From Tubiluchus corallicola (taxonomy: Eukaryota; Animalia; Priapulida): a stretch of DNA of 64,000 nt. Location of the stretch: contig JAQGDQ010000514.1 of assembly GCA_030141605.1 (NCBI GenBank), positions 93,227-157,226 of the forward strand, read 5' to 3'. The position numbers were made by a program, and so were the translations under genes. Positions 1-11,640 of this stretch are shown here, in pieces. Position 1 is the stretch's first letter; every line of letters starts with the position of its first letter. The notes under the pieces were generated by a model, which worked only from the letters and a program-made list of their open reading frames with translations, was not told the DNA's origin and made no database searches.

Positions 1-9
1 TTTTGTAAT

Positions 10-287
10 CTGTTTTACATTGACACTTTGGCATAATGTTAAAGCTACTAGAACAGCTACTATAAAAAATTAAGGCAATGCTTTGGCGAAAAACTATAGT
101 AACTTAAGCAGAGTTTTAATGTTTGACTCTCTCTCTGTGTGTGTGTGCACTTAAAATAAATTTCTTTAGTCTGTTTTACACTGACACTTTCACTTAATGC
201 TTAAGCTATTATCACTTAACCGTGAAAAATTAAGCCAATTCTCTGGTAAAAAACTATAGTAACTTTAGCAGAGTTTTAATGTTTGAC
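10..287. repeat. Diverged direct repeat, period ~161 bp
   Basis: ctgttttaca..tgacacttt and aaaaactatagtaact..agcagagttttaatgtttgact recur at 10-127 and 171-287. Confidence 0.7.
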
Positions 288-1345
288 TATATCATGCTGT
301 TTAAATGATCAGTATTCATTATTTTCCTACAGAATTTGACTGAATTTAAATTGCAAGTGAAAAGACTTCTTTCATTTACAATTCCGTGGGAAAACATTTC
401 GCTGCAGCAAGATGATGCGATAATTATGATAATGATGAGCCCCCGGCAGATCATTCTATCGATATATATAAAGGGCAAGGACTACTATACACAGGACAAA
501 TAGCGGACTACAGGCCCATCTACATGGCCACGGGCGCTCTTCTGGAATGGATGAGCTCAATGGATTTGGAAAAAAGTATAATGGCCTCTTTGTTTGGCGG
601 CTTGGATGCATGCACAATAGATGAAAGATTTTTGGGGCCATATCATTGGCAATTATTGAATACGTTCACGGTTCACGTGAATTGTGACTACCTGGGTTCT
701 AACGCTCGAATGTTATTGCAGAAATGAGAAAAAATTTTCCAAACAACATTGGAAGTATTCAATTCGAACATAGATCACAAAATTCGATTTGCTATTAGAA
801 AAATGGAGGAGGAATTTTTACCACGACACGGGTTGACAAACAAAATAGAGTGTCCATTGACGTCGTCAGCCATGCTAGCGGCGGCAGTGGCAGAACCGGC
901 ACCTTTCGAATCGCCGTTCTCGATTCATCTGGGCAGAGGGAATTATGTTTTTTTCTTTTTCTTTTTCTTGAGAAATAAAATTTTTAAACATTGCCATTGA
1001 TTATTTAACGGCAACAAAAGTGCATTTTAGACTTCTGCACACTCGTTGTCTAGATGTAGATCTTTCAATAAAATTCCGCTAATGCAATTTAAGAGTGTTG
1101 ATTTATATATATATATATATATATGACTCTAATAAAATACTCACGAGCCATTATTTTCTTACAGAGTTTGAGTAAATAGAAACAAATGCGAATATACTGT
1201 AGAAGCAAATCCCTCTACAGTTCTGCAATGAATAATTAAGTCCAGTTTTCCAATGTGTCGCCTTTGTCTATAGACTTAGTAGAACGATCATTTGGGTCAC
1301 TAAGCACTGAAATTGGCTATTTAAACAATGCTGCTCCACTATTTA

Positions 1346-1822
1346 GTTACTATTTGAGCCACGTGCACGTCTTTCTTTAGATATTTGGCAATAGTTTCAT
1401 GAAAGTTACATTCATTACAATGGAGAACGGTGGGATGATGACAGCCATATTAGTAAGTGTAATATACAGTTACTATTTGAGCCACGTACACATCTTTCTT
1501 TAGATATTTGGCAATACTTTCATTAAAGTTACATTCATTACAATGGAGAATGGTGGGATGATGACAGCCATATTAGTAAGTGTAATATACAGTTACTATT
1601 TGAGCCACGTACACATCTTTCTTTAGATATTTGGCAATACTTTCATTAAAGTTACATTCATTACAATGGAGAACGGTGGGATGATGACAGCCATATTAGT
1701 AAGTATAATATACAGTTACTATTTGAGCCACGTACACATCTTTCTTTAGATATTTGGCAATAGTTTCATGAAAGTTACATTCATTACAATGGAGAACGGT
1801 GGGATAATGACAGCCATATTAG
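1346..1822 (+). repeat. 123-bp tandem repeat, ~4 copies
   Basis: gttactatttgagccacg recurs at 1346, 1469, 1592, 1715. Confidence 0.95.
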
Positions 1823-2835
1823 AACCGGCACCTTTCGAATCGCCGTTCGTGATTCATCTGGGCAGAGGGAATTATGTTTCAGTAGGCGGCATTTTGCGCA
1901 CCAAAATTTCAATTAGTAAAAAACACGTGCAACTTTACCATCGATACCCGAAGTAAGGCTCAATGAATATGAACAATTATTTTTAAAAAAAGACCGTATC
2001 AATTTTATCATTGCCAAACAAGAAGAACATAGAATGTGGATTTCGCCTAGGGGAGGGCAGTCGTGCATGATGGGCAGTACCATCTTATCCAACACTCTAC
2101 AACACTGAGACCTAAGCGACCTCGAGGTACGTGGTGCGACCACAATTTTTGACATCCGTCTATCAGTAAAAGCAGCCATCTGGAATGGAATTGTATTCAT
2201 ATATGAATTTAATCCAGCTAGTGGATTCATCTGTGATGGCTTTCATGCCCATCTTGTGCCATTCGAATTTAAACTACTCATGGGCGACCGAGTCAGGAAA
2301 TTAATTAGTTCCCCATCAACCCGGAAACGCACTAGAGAGGAAAGTTCTGCAATGAGATTCAATCGAGAACAATTGGCAGCCGGATCCCATCAGACAGCAC
2401 GCATCTGTCGTCGACACATCAAGTTTTGCATCTGTTAGCTGCCAACCTCGGATTATGATCATCATTTAAAAAGCTTTTTCTAATTTTCAAGAGGATGAGC
2501 AAAACTAATCAATTTTCTATGCAAGAAACTTGGCAATGTTGAGACGCACTAACAAGATTAGGCGTCATCATATTCATCATTCACCGGAAAAAAGCCCTTT
2601 TAATTGTAATTTAACTGGGCACATTTGCTAATTTTTTTCAAATAAAAGAGTGGCTCTCATCAATGTCATGCCACACACATCCGGTCACTGCTAACAGCAG
2701 GAGTACACCTTAAATTTTGAGTAAGTGTAATTTTTATTCTTTGCTGATGCGAATTGAAGTCTGTACACTGTGAATGTGCGTACACTCACATGGTAATATT
2801 TTTTGGATGTTCTTTCTCACATGGTAATATTTGAG

Positions 2836-2837
<2 letters not shown>

Positions 2838-2891
<54 letters not shown>
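2838..2891. repeat. (TA)n microsatellite
   Basis: Direct reading. Confidence 0.95.
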
Positions 2892-2895
<4 letters not shown>

Positions 2896-3218
2896 ACTGC
2901 AGGGCTGTGATGAGATGAAGTGTAATACTGGCAGGGGAATACAGCAGAATTCTCAGGTGTGCATGTGAACGTGGCTTTATCTAGCACATAGACTCTTATT
3001 CTGACCTTGTGTTATTAGGAGCCACTAGTCACATGCACACCTGCGCTTATAAAAAGGGTAGGTCTGCTGTAGATCCTTGTCAGTGGTCCTCTCCTCCCAG
3101 CTCGGTTCACATTTCAGGCTTTGCTCTATTCTATTCTGTTCGGTAAGCTGTTTGGAATAATAAATTGTCATTTTGATTTTATTATTCATTTTGGTTTTGG
3201 TTTGGCATTGACTTAGTT
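2891..3218 (+). promoter_or_regulatory. Promoter cassette copy 1 (TATA box, Inr-like TCAGT, 5' splice donor)
   Basis: TATAAAAAG 3048, TCAGT 3080, GTAAGC 3143; closely similar copy at 22297-22628. Confidence 0.6.
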
Positions 3219-3236
3219 CAGCAAAATCGTCGTACA

Positions 3237-4490
3237 GTGTGCTTTCATTGTAAAGGTGTCAATTCACATGCATCAGCAATTTGTCCTCGCAAATATAGTG
3301 AGTCTGGTGTGGCAAATGTGTATCGTGCAGCTCTTGCACTCGCTTTCAATAGAGGTGGGGACAATCACTATCTCTTTTTTCAAGGAATACTATGCAACAT
3401 TATTAGCACTGTCATAATCAATGAATATTATCAACCAAGTGGGAGAAATTATAGTCATTATCATTTTGTAGATTATGATTGTATTATGAAAATCAATGAA
3501 GAATTCCTGACAACAAGCCAAGACTTTGGATCATCTTATATTCCAGAGATGAAGCGCAATCCATACACCTTTATTCCAGAGATGAAGCGCAATCCATACA
3601 CCTTTATTCCAGAGATGAAGCACAATCCATACACCTTTATTCCAGAGATGAAGCACAATCCATACACCTTTATTCCAGAGATGAAGCGCAATCCATACAC
3701 CTTTATTCCAGAGATGAAGCGCAATCCATACACCTTTATTCCAGAGATGAAGCACAATCCATACACCTTTATTCCAGAGATGAAGCACAATCCATACACC
3801 TTTATTCCAGAGATGAAGCACAATCCATACACCTTTATTCCAGAGATGAAGCACAATCCATACACCTTTATTCCAGAGATGAAGCACAATCCATACACCT
3901 TTATTCCAGAGATGAAGCACAATCCATACACCTTTATTCCAGAGATGAAGCACAATCCATACACCTTTATTCCAGAGATGAAGCACAATCCATACACCTT
4001 TATTCCAGAGATGAAGCACAATCCATACACCTTTATAGATAGAAAGAAGGTGATCATTTCAATAAATCCAATTATGAACATTTTCAGGACTCGACCACCA
4101 ATAGATGGGTTGAATGAGGAGAAATTAAATGCAATTGCTTCAGTGAGAGTTCGAATAAACTCAATCCGAGAATCATTAGAAATCTATGAGATGCAAGAAG
4201 AATTGATGGAAGACTCTAAGGGAGGAGGAACGTACTCGAGTTTCTTACCACCAAATCCTTTTGGAATTGTTCTCGGAGGAGCCCTTCAAATAATTGGATG
4301 GGCAACAATCAAGGAATTAAGACAGGCGAATCCTTCACTTGCTCACTTAGAGACAAACATTATAGAAGTTCTCTTAACCAACACACGAGTCATTAGCAAA
4401 GCTTATTTTAATTTCTACATAATCACCATTAATATATTTCTTTGTAGAAAAACAGTACGTTATTTGGAGTGTAATAACGTGATTAGGTGA
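3237..4490 (+). CDS. Orphan ORF with CCHC-like N-terminus and 11-aa tandem repeat; possibly virus-derived or chimeric
   Basis: 417-codon open frame; CFHC..H....C motif; the 3' end runs into the duplicated host segment; no family recognised. Confidence 0.3.
   Translation: MCFHCKGVNSHASAICPRKYSESGVANVYRAALALAFNRGGDNHYLFFQGILCNIISTVIINEYYQPSGRNYSHYHFVDYDCIMKINEEFLTTSQDFGSSYIPEMKRNPYTFIPEMKRNPYTFIPEMKHNPYTFIPEMKHNPYTFIPEMKRNPYTFIPEMKRNPYTFIPEMKHNPYTFIPEMKHNPYTFIPEMKHNPYTFIPEMKHNPYTFIPEMKHNPYTFIPEMKHNPYTFIPEMKHNPYTFIPEMKHNPYTFIPEMKHNPYTFIDRKKVIISINPIMNIFRTRPPIDGLNEEKLNAIASVRVRINSIRESLEIYEMQEELMEDSKGGGTYSSFLPPNPFGIVLGGALQIIGWATIKELRQANPSLAHLETNIIEVLLTNTRVISKAYFNFYIITINIFLCRKTVRYLECNNVIR
3537..4035 (+). 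repeat. 33-bp minisatellite, ~15 copies (FIPEMK[H/R]NPYT)
   Basis: ttattccagagatgaagcacaatccatacacct in tandem. Confidence 0.97.
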
Positions 4491-4888
4491 GAGCATTTGG
4501 GGGAGAAAAAATCCCTTCTAATTACAATTTAAGTATGGGGTCGTTGGCTCGCTATTTTCAAAATAAAAGAGATCTTTAGCGAATGAAAAACACCATATGT
4601 GTGTTCGTATGCACTGTGACAGCAGCGTGGAAGCTCCAAAATTTACAGTAAGTGTACTTTTATTCTTTAGCATATTTTTAGTTTATAATGGTACTTTATT
4701 GCTTTTTTCAATAGCAAAGCAATAGACTTTAATTACATCATAATTCGCCTAAGCGAAATTCTTCTTCTTTTGCAATAACGTGTGCACACGCGAATTCCAT
4801 GCTATAACGTTTGAATAGTGTTAATTATTTTCTTACAGAATACAGCTTATAAGAGATCAGCAAACACCCGCTATAACACGTGACCATC

Positions 4889-6470
4889 ATGGACCCACTC
4901 CGCATTTTCAGGTGCCAGGTGCTAGTGAGAAGATTAGACATTGCCACCTGTGATATATGCGGGCGGGTCTGTCGTAGTATGAGAGCTATGCAGAGACACG
5001 TCACGATCGATCATTATGGCCACGAAAGAAACTTTCTTTGCCACGTGTGTGGTCATACGGTCATGACGCAATACGGTCTACGCTCTCGTCTACTACGGAG
5101 ACATCCAGCGTGACGACAGCGGCGACAGCAACAACAATAACAACAACAATGACAACAACAGCAGCATCAAAATGGTGGCCGAGATGGCGGCGACGATGAT
5201 GATGATGATGGGCCGTTTTTGTGTGAGCAATGTGGGCTGCTGTTTCACACAATGGCAGCTTTAGAGAGGCACGCCGCACAACAGCAGCGTGGCGACCAAG
5301 ATGGCGATGATGATGATGATGCTGATGAAGCTGCTGGTGGGACGTTTTTGTGTGGCCAATGCGGCATGCTGTTCCACACAATGGCAGCTTTAGAAAGCCA
5401 TGGCCCACAACAGCAGCAGCATCAAAATGGTGGCCGAGATGGCGGCGATGACGATGATGATGATGCTGATGCTGGTGGGCCGTTTTTGTGCAGCCAATGC
5501 GGCATGCTGTTCAACACATTGGCGGCTTTAGAGAGCCACGTCACACAACAGCAGCAGCAACAAAATAGCGACGACATGGATGATGATGATGATGCTGATG
5601 CTGGTGGGTCGTTTTTGTGTGGGCAATGCGGCATGGTGTTCCACACATTGGCGGCTTTAGAGTGGCATGCCACACAACAGCAGCAGCAACAAAATGGTGG
5701 CTGTGACGACGACGGGCCGTTTTTGTGTGGGCAATGCGGCATGGTGTTCCACACATTGGCGGCTTTAGAGAGGCACGCCACACAACAGCAGCAGTAACAA
5801 AATGGCGCTCGAGATGGCGACGCCATGGATGATGATGATGATGATGCTGATGCTGGTGGGTCGTTTTTGTGTGGGCAATGCGGCATGGCGTTCCACACAT
5901 TGGCGGCTTTAGAGTGGCACGCCACACAACAGCAGCAGTAACAAAATGGCGCTCGAGATGGTGACGCCATGGATGATGATGATGATGCTGATGCTGGTGG
6001 GTCGTTTTTGTGTGGGCAATGTGGCATGGCGTTCCACACATTGGCGGCTTTAGAGTGGCACGCCACACAACAGCAGCAGCAACAAAATGGTGGCTGTGAC
6101 GACGACGGGCCGTTTTTGTGTGGGCAATGCGGCATGGTGTTCCACACATTGGCGGCTTTAGAGAGGCACGCCACACAACAGCAGCAGTAACAAAATGGCG
6201 CTCGAGATGGCGACGCCATGGATGATGATGATGATGATGCTGATGCTGGTGGGTCGTTTTTGTGTGGGCAATGCGGCATGGCGTTCCACACATTGGCGGC
6301 TTTAGAGTGGCACGCCACACAACAGCAGCAGCAACAAAATGGTGGCTGTGACGACGACGGGCCGTTTTTGTGTGGGCAATGCGGCATGGCGTTCCACACA
6401 TTGGCGGCTTTAGAGTGGCACGCCACACAACAGCAGCAGCAACAAAATGGTGGCTGTGACGACGACGGGC
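4889..6470 (+). pseudogene. C2H2 zinc-finger gene with expanded degenerate finger/poly-Q/poly-D repeats; stops present
   Basis: CDIC..H....H and CHVC..fingers, then repeated FLCGQCGM.FHTLAALE.H; predicted 5'UTR intron GTAAGT 4648 to TTACAG 4838. Confidence 0.75.
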
Positions 6471-7374
6471 CATATCTAATGGAAAGGCATGTCACAGGAA
6501 AGGTACTTGAGTTAGGTGGAGGCGCTGGAGGAGGAACCCAATGGTTGGTCACCCAGAAGAAAGTTAAAGAAGTGACCACTCTATGCTTTGATAGAGAGGG
6601 ACATGGCCGCCATCGATTGGGGGAAGAGAGAACTAACGGCTATGAGAAAAGCCACCTCCATTATTTTTCGACGTCTGTCAATTACCTTTAATGTTTCAGC
6701 GGAAGTTGGATGGCAGGTCAATGCGGCCAGTTGCATTAGCGGTAAAACGTTTAAAGGTAAGCAGGAAATTTACACTATGTAGATTTTTTAGTTAGCAAAT
6801 AGATAGGTATCAAATTAGCGATAAGATATTGAGGCAGCTGTTTTAACTGTTTCGTCGTTTTGAAGTTATTTATTTATGTTGCAACTATAGCCTGAGGGAA
6901 AATACGACTGGCTAGTGTCAGATATAGGTGAAACAAAAACTCAATTTGACTACCAAACCTTATATTCCCGTAGAAAGAGAGAAAACTTTGACCGGATATT
7001 AACAAAAGACAAACCAAAATTAATAGTCTATAAAGAGTTAAGCCCGGGTGATTACAAGCTTGAGGAGTTTGTGAACAAATGGGGCTTGCGTGCTGTTAAG
7101 TTGCCTTATACTAGGAACTCCGGCACGGAATTCTACTTAGTCAATTTTGGGGAAGGCATGGAATACAGAGAAATGGCTAGGGTGGCCACTGAGCTGATGA
7201 CTCGGATGAGAGTTATGGGACCTCCTATTACAGTAATGGAGAGTGAGAAAGAAATCAAAGAGGAATATTATCACCAAAGTAAACCAGACCCAAACAGGAG
7301 GAATCCACTTAAAGCACCAGACTAGACACTAACCATAGAAAACCTCAAATTCAAGTATAATGTCAGACCTCCTA
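6470..7374 (+). pseudogene. EVE virus A: flavi-like NS5 methyltransferase, split by a ~240-bp insert (6651-6890)
   Basis: GKVLELGGGAGGGTQW (SAM motif), KKVKEV, EGHG, PEGKYDWLVSDIGE, YKELSP, PYTRNSGTEFYLV match flavivirus GKVVDLGCGRGGW / CDIGES / KVL.P / SRNSTHEMY. Confidence 0.9.
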
Positions 7375-8456
7375 GGACGTATTAAAGGAAACGTTTCATT
7401 GCCAACCATGCATAATTGTTGCCATGCCAACCATGCATAAACGACTGCATAAACATAACATAAACATATACATAAACATAGAACTCCATACACAAAGACG
7501 CCTACAAAATATTGAATAGTATAGAATATAGGAACAATTAAACGAACATGTATAAGAGGATCATACCAATGATGTTTTTCATTTCTATGGTCAATGGAAC
7601 GAAGGAAATGAGAAATGAAACGAGAGGAGAAAAAACTCCTACCCTGAGTGCATGCACTGCACTACCTACAATACATAGGCATTATACATGCCCAGTTAAG
7701 AGCTGTTATGGATCCATGGTTGTTGTGGACCCAACAGTGCCATGTATATACGTTCAGAACTGTAAACCAGGAGAGTATATGCACTATAATTGTACTTGTG
7801 GGAATAAGAAAGCTGATTACTGCACACATCAGAGTGCCAAATATTTTCAGGATATGACGTGCCAAACTCCTTATGATGATTTAAATGGGATTGGAAATGA
7901 CCCAACCATATGTTCAATTGGAAGTAAAAAACTCCAAGATTGTGAAGAGGAGAATAGAAGAGAAGAATCTATCCTGTATGTAAGTGATTTATGCATAAAC
8001 ATATGCATAAACATATCATCTTTAGCTACCGGGTCTTTACCAAACAATTTTCATCAGCATCACACTGACTCACAGTCACTAGTAAACACTTTAAACTGTC
8101 TTCCCTAATCAATGATGGTAATTCGATGAAAACCTTTTATTTTTCCATATGAATGCGAGTCGCTTGTACCTTAATTAAAATTTCATCACAACAGATCCTT
8201 CCATAGTTATTTATTTATTGATATTTTTTACAGAGCTTGTACCTTGTGAGGAGAGTCTGGAAGGTTTTGACCTCAGCTGGGATTCGACTGAGCAGAACTC
8301 AGAAGCAGGTGTTTCTACAGTAACCAGTGAACCAGTAAGCGAATTCAAGTGGTGTATGGTGAGTACGAACAGCCAACGATGTTTTAGCACTTTGTCCATC
8401 TCATTTCTCGAGATGAAAATGTGTTAGACATTTTTAATTATCAAATACAGACATAT
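7375..8456 (+). repeat. Host scaffold S (7375-7447 + 8013-8456) interrupted by a virus-like insert; other copies 16568-17650 and uninterrupted 29211-29808
   Basis: ggacgtattaaaggaaac..acgactg and atatcatctttagctaccggg..tcaaatacagaca match 29211-29808. Confidence 0.9.
7548..7985 (+). pseudogene. Signal-peptide, Cys-rich protein fragment; likely viral structural/glycoprotein (virus A-like composition)
   Basis: Hydrophobic N-terminus, many Cys, NxT sites; inserted within scaffold S; family not recognised. Confidence 0.45.
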
Positions 8457-8459
8457 ATA

Positions 8460-8855
8460 AACATAAAATTCACACTAATTTATGAAAGAATACATTACAT
8501 TAACTATTTGGACAATTCATTATTCTTCTGGCTTTTCATAGTCTGCGTTTTATACAGAAGTGGATATGAAATAATGGCACTCACTTTTATAGCATATGTT
8601 TACTTTATGTACCGATGTGACACATTCATGGGTATGGTGTTAGTATTTATAGGTTGGTCAATTAACACAACAATGGTGACTATTGGCATCCTCATGATGT
8701 TAGGTATCACTAATCATTTAGTGGCAACAGTAAATGAAGCAATAGCTAGGGTGTACTACAAGAAAAGGACAAGAGGGTACTACAATAAGCATGATCTGGT
8801 ATATATGATCATGATGCTCTTACTTCCTATGGAGATGCACAGGATCCTTTCAACA
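8460..8855 (+). pseudogene. Multi-pass membrane protein fragment, probably virus A
   Basis: Several hydrophobic stretches in ORF 8421-8894; A-rich codon style like the NS3/MTase fragments. Confidence 0.4.
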
Positions 8856-8857
8856 TT

Positions 8858-9963
8858 ATGTTATTCGGCTCTCACGTACTTATTGGATCTGTAGAAAAAG
8901 TGATTGATGGTGAATTAGAACTTAATACCATTCTCTACGACGCTTTTAGATCCGGCCCTCATGGAATTCTCCACGCTATCTTTAGGACAGTTAAATTAAT
9001 TTATAACATTTTATTTGGTGATAGCGACGAAATTCAACATAGCTCACAATGGTATCCTTATTTTAAACAAAAATTGACTGATTTAATATCCAAAGGTAAA
9101 TCAGGCTCACGTTCTGCCGTTGAATGGACCACCTGCTTTCTCCTACTAAAAGTGCTACCTAAAATTGCAAAATGTGGCTTTCATGTTTATGATTATATTA
9201 TGGACTCTCACGACCAACATCAAGGGATAAAAGAATTTTTTAACTTTTTGGAAACTGAAGACAGCCGTGAAATGTTGCAGCGCTTTTTGAAACAAGGCAC
9301 AGTAGGGCTTCTTTTTGATCCGGATGATTTTAAACAATGGCAAGAAGATAACAACATCGTAGGTCAAGTTCCACATTGTTCTGTAGGAATTTTGGGTAAC
9401 ATAATCGATTTATTTGAATCTTTTGAAACTAGTGTAGAGCAAATATTCTTCTCTCCAAAAATTCACAATGCTGTATTGGATCGCGAACAAGCTAAGCAAG
9501 TTCCCAAATGCAAAAACCCCACCTCTCGTATTTCCGCTTTAAAATATGTTAGTTGTGCTTCTGTCCCTGTAATTGACCCTCTGGATTATCCTTCTGTCCC
9601 TTTTAATAGCGCCACTCCTATTCCTCCATGCGCTGATGAGTCTACTGCCACTACGTAAGCTGCCTTTAATAATGTAGAACAACTATGCTTAAAGAAACCT
9701 GAATTGGTGCGTAGTGGCCTCGAGAAGAAAAAATTAACTATATCACACAAAATTCTTTCTGGGTATAACATAATGTCAAATTTAGATAAAAATTTCCCCT
9801 TCTTTAGAGATTTCGATGAAGAAGAAAGTGTAATTAAGCCCAAGTATGTAAAAGTCTTCGACGCCACGCCAGGCCGTGGCGGCACCACACAATACATATG
9901 GCAATCCACCCTTAATGCTGACATTCATTTCTATCAGGACCCTCAAGATAAATGGCCCATTGA
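8858..9963 (+). pseudogene. EVE virus B: flavi-like polyprotein region into NS5 methyltransferase N-half
   Basis: RSGLEK and VFDATPGRGGTTQY resemble SRG..K and VVDLGCGRGGWSQY; frameshifted; the frame resumes after the hAT insertion. Confidence 0.7.
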
Positions 9964-11634
9964 CATTCCTGTCAACCTATACGGTTTGGCCGTATTGCTG
10001 TACGGGAAAAATGCATTTTTGGCCCAATACGGCTTACAAGAAAATCCATACGGCGAAAAGAAAAATATACGGCAAAATCAAAATGTTGCTCAGCGAAAAT
10101 AATCGCATCGAATATTCCCTTTTCGATCGGTACTTTCATGCAGACGATCTTACTTCCGTTCAAACGTCGTCATTGCGCACACTCAGCTAATAATTTTTAA
10201 CATCCGGTTAACCACTTCCGCTATTTCATTCGTGAGAAAAAACACGGCAAGCGAACGTGTTCCTCCGGCGAAAAAGCAAAAAACTGGAACTGGACGTCAT
10301 TTAAAAGAATGGGAGAGCCAAAATGGCTTATTATACCTTCTTAGTTATGCTTGCTCTCTCTACTTCCATTCATGGAACTATTGTAAGTGTGAACAGTATC
10401 ATCCCTCAACTGTCTCAGGAGGCGATTTACAAGCACCAAGACGTTTTAGCGTCATATGGGATTATCATCACTGATCCCAAGCCCATTGGGTATCAAGTAT
10501 CCCAATCTTACAAGATAATAAGAGTAGAAATGTCCAAAGCATGGAACATTCACTACCAGCTCTTCAAGGATCCAGAAAATGACTACCCCTCCAAAGCCAA
10601 CCATCGAGATAAAAGATTCCTAGGAATGATTGTAGCCGGTGCTGCGATGGCAGAAGCCACTGCAGCCTTAGCATTGGGGGCAACCAACAGGGCCGAAATT
10701 AATGCCCTCAACAGGAAAATGAGTGAGTTAAAAAACAACCAAGATATGATGAACCACGAGCTGACTGTAGTAAATAAGGAAGTTGGCATTTTAGGACATG
10801 ACCTGGAAAAATTGGAACGACTTGTTGGTAATGTTGACCATAACGTCCACAAGCTTATGCAGGCCCATGCAAAAGATATGACTCAGCTCCATGAATATCT
10901 AAATTCAGTTAGGTATGGACATGGATTGAGATCTATAACATCGTCTAAGATAGATTCACTCCTCATAAGCCCGACTCAATTTAATCTTCTCATGTCTAAT
11001 CCCAACTGCAGTGTCCCTTTGTCCTATGGTGCAAGCAGAGCAATAGTAATCAAATCAGAACCGGAGAGGTTGTGGATGTTGGTTAATGTGAGAGAGATCA
11101 TTCAATCACCAAGCAGAGTGCATGTCAAAACCAAAAATGTTTTGTGGTGGAGCATACGCTGGATGGGTGAAAGCCTCGTCAGAAGGCTCCGACTACTCGT
11201 TTTGTGTTCCATGTAGGAAAAATGTGAAAGTGCGAGCGTCCGGGTTTTACGACCTGAAGAGCCATTTCTCATCAACACGTGGACACAAGGAAAGTGTGGC
11301 GAAAACTAAAACTTTTCGGTCGATGGATGATCATTTCAAACCAGCGAAGGAACCTGTTGTTAGCTCTAATGCCACAGCTGCAGAAATTTTATTTTGTCAG
11401 TTTGTGGCCGAACACAACTTGCCACCTTCCATTGCTGACCATTTCAGTTCCAGTTTTTTTGTTCCAATTATTTTTTGTTGTTGTGTGGACTGATATGCGA
11501 TCTCCTGACTGGTCTGTTTCTGTTGGCTCCCAGCAAATTAACACATTTTCAGATTCGGTAAGGTCCCGTGCTGTCTTATAAGGTTTAGCAAGACCCTATA
11601 TAAGGGCAACGCTAATAACAGGTTGACAGGTATG
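9964..11634 (+). mobile_element. hAT-type DNA transposon (non-autonomous) with 6-bp TSD, carrying a viral glycoprotein fragment
   Basis: TIRs cattcctgtcaacct / aggttgacaggtatg; TSD CATTGA at 9958-9963 and 11635-11640; BED-like finger FCVPC..DLKSH..H and AAEILFCQFVAEHNLP. Confidence 0.85.
10323..11216 (+). CDS. EVE virus C: C-terminally truncated class-I fusion glycoprotein (copy 1)
   Basis: Signal peptide, RDKR|FLGMIVAGAA furin site and fusion peptide, heptad repeat; viral part ends ~11140. Confidence 0.8.
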   Translation: MAYYTFLVMLALSTSIHGTIVSVNSIIPQLSQEAIYKHQDVLASYGIIITDPKPIGYQVSQSYKIIRVEMSKAWNIHYQLFKDPENDYPSKANHRDKRFLGMIVAGAAMAEATAALALGATNRAEINALNRKMSELKNNQDMMNHELTVVNKEVGILGHDLEKLERLVGNVDHNVHKLMQAHAKDMTQLHEYLNSVRYGHGLRSITSSKIDSLLISPTQFNLLMSNPNCSVPLSYGASRAIVIKSEPERLWMLVNVREIIQSPSRVHVKTKNVLWWSIRWMGESLVRRLRLLVLCSM

Positions 11635-11640
11635 CATTGA

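Noticed and set aside
4030-4370. Orthomyxovirus PB2 C-terminal resemblance
   Set aside because: Only a vague similarity by eye with no diagnostic motif; left as an orphan
5422-6579. Long Cys/His-rich minus-strand ORFs (also 14657-15772)
   Set aside because: Antisense shadows of the zinc-finger/poly-Q/poly-D repeats
10323-11216. Retroviral/errantiviral env
   Set aside because: The full copy is linked to a mononegaviral L by a gene-end/gene-start junction; no gag-pol or LTR pair nearby
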